From a virus, in IMG/VR virus record IMGVR_UViG_3300021387_000118, positions 77,168-141,167 of that record: 64,000 nucleotides of DNA; one strand, 5' to 3'. Shown here piece after piece: positions 63,691 through 64,000 of this stretch; the first letter of the stretch is position 1, and each line of letters starts with the position of its first letter. A program made the translations under genes and the position numbers. The notes below the pieces were generated by a model. The model was not told the origin of the DNA, made no database searches, and saw nothing but the letters and a program-made list of their open reading frames with translations.

Positions 63691-63909
63691 ATGGTATATG
63701 CATGGAGAAAACCTACTCTTACTGTTAATGGAAAAGATTATGAAGAGGGTGATACTGTTTATCTCTTATTAAAATCTGGTGAAGTGATTACTGGAAAAAT
63801 TAAACGCATTAAATTTCCAATTGGACCAGGAGCAACAATAGAATTTTTTACTCCTTCAGATAATAGAATAGTTGAGATTACTGTAGATATGATTGATGAT
63901 ACAATTTAA
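63691..63909 (+). CDS. hypothetical protein
   Basis: AAAGGAAT as SD. Confidence 0.45.
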   Translation: MVYAWRKPTLTVNGKDYEEGDTVYLLLKSGEVITGKIKRIKFPIGPGATIEFFTPSDNRIVEITVDMIDDTI

Positions 63910-63920
63910 AAGAGGTTTAT

Positions 63921-64000
63921 ATGGAAAATATTGAAGAATATTTCGGAACTTGTGTAGCATATTGGATGTCAACTGGAGTAAGCGAAGGGGTTGCAACATG
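63921..64000 (+). CDS. hypothetical protein (5' partial, runs off window)
   Basis: ATG preceded by AAGAGG. Confidence 0.3.
   Translation, partial: MENIEEYFGTCVAYWMSTGVSEGVAT

Overview
This window looks like a large virulent or plasmid-like phage of an AT-rich, Shine-Dalgarno-using (Firmicutes-like) host. Two divergently transcribed arms meet at about 43.5-44.8 kb. The left arm (1-43.5 kb) is on the minus strand and about 33% GC. It carries the late module: tape measure (partial), tail and fiber proteins, HK97-like major capsid, scaffold, portal, large terminase. It also carries a replication/recombination module: SbcD-like nuclease, ClpP-like protease, P-loop NTPase, HU, ParB-like protein, Rep-like protein with iterons, and a tRNA-Pro. 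Every late gene from 1 to about 30.06 kb is one open frame interrupted only by in-frame TAG codons. Genes from 30.3 to 43.5 kb contain no TAG at all, not even as stops. TAA and TGA terminate genes in both blocks. So TAG is recoded as sense in the late module only. The apparent suppressor is a tRNA(CUA) gene at 25555..25269 that is split in its anticodon loop by a 196-nt group I intron. It sits next to an HNH homing endonuclease gene that itself contains TAG codons. Three further group I intron cores (two with an HNH or LAGLIDADG gene just downstream of the core, one possibly splitting a replication gene) and a free-standing GIY-YIG gene are present. The right arm (44.8-64 kb, plus strand, about 43% GC) holds about 55 small SD-led early genes in standard code, with no recognisable functions. 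A roughly 700-bp GC-rich, hairpin-dense non-coding element with flanking direct repeats and palindromic operator-like sites precedes it.
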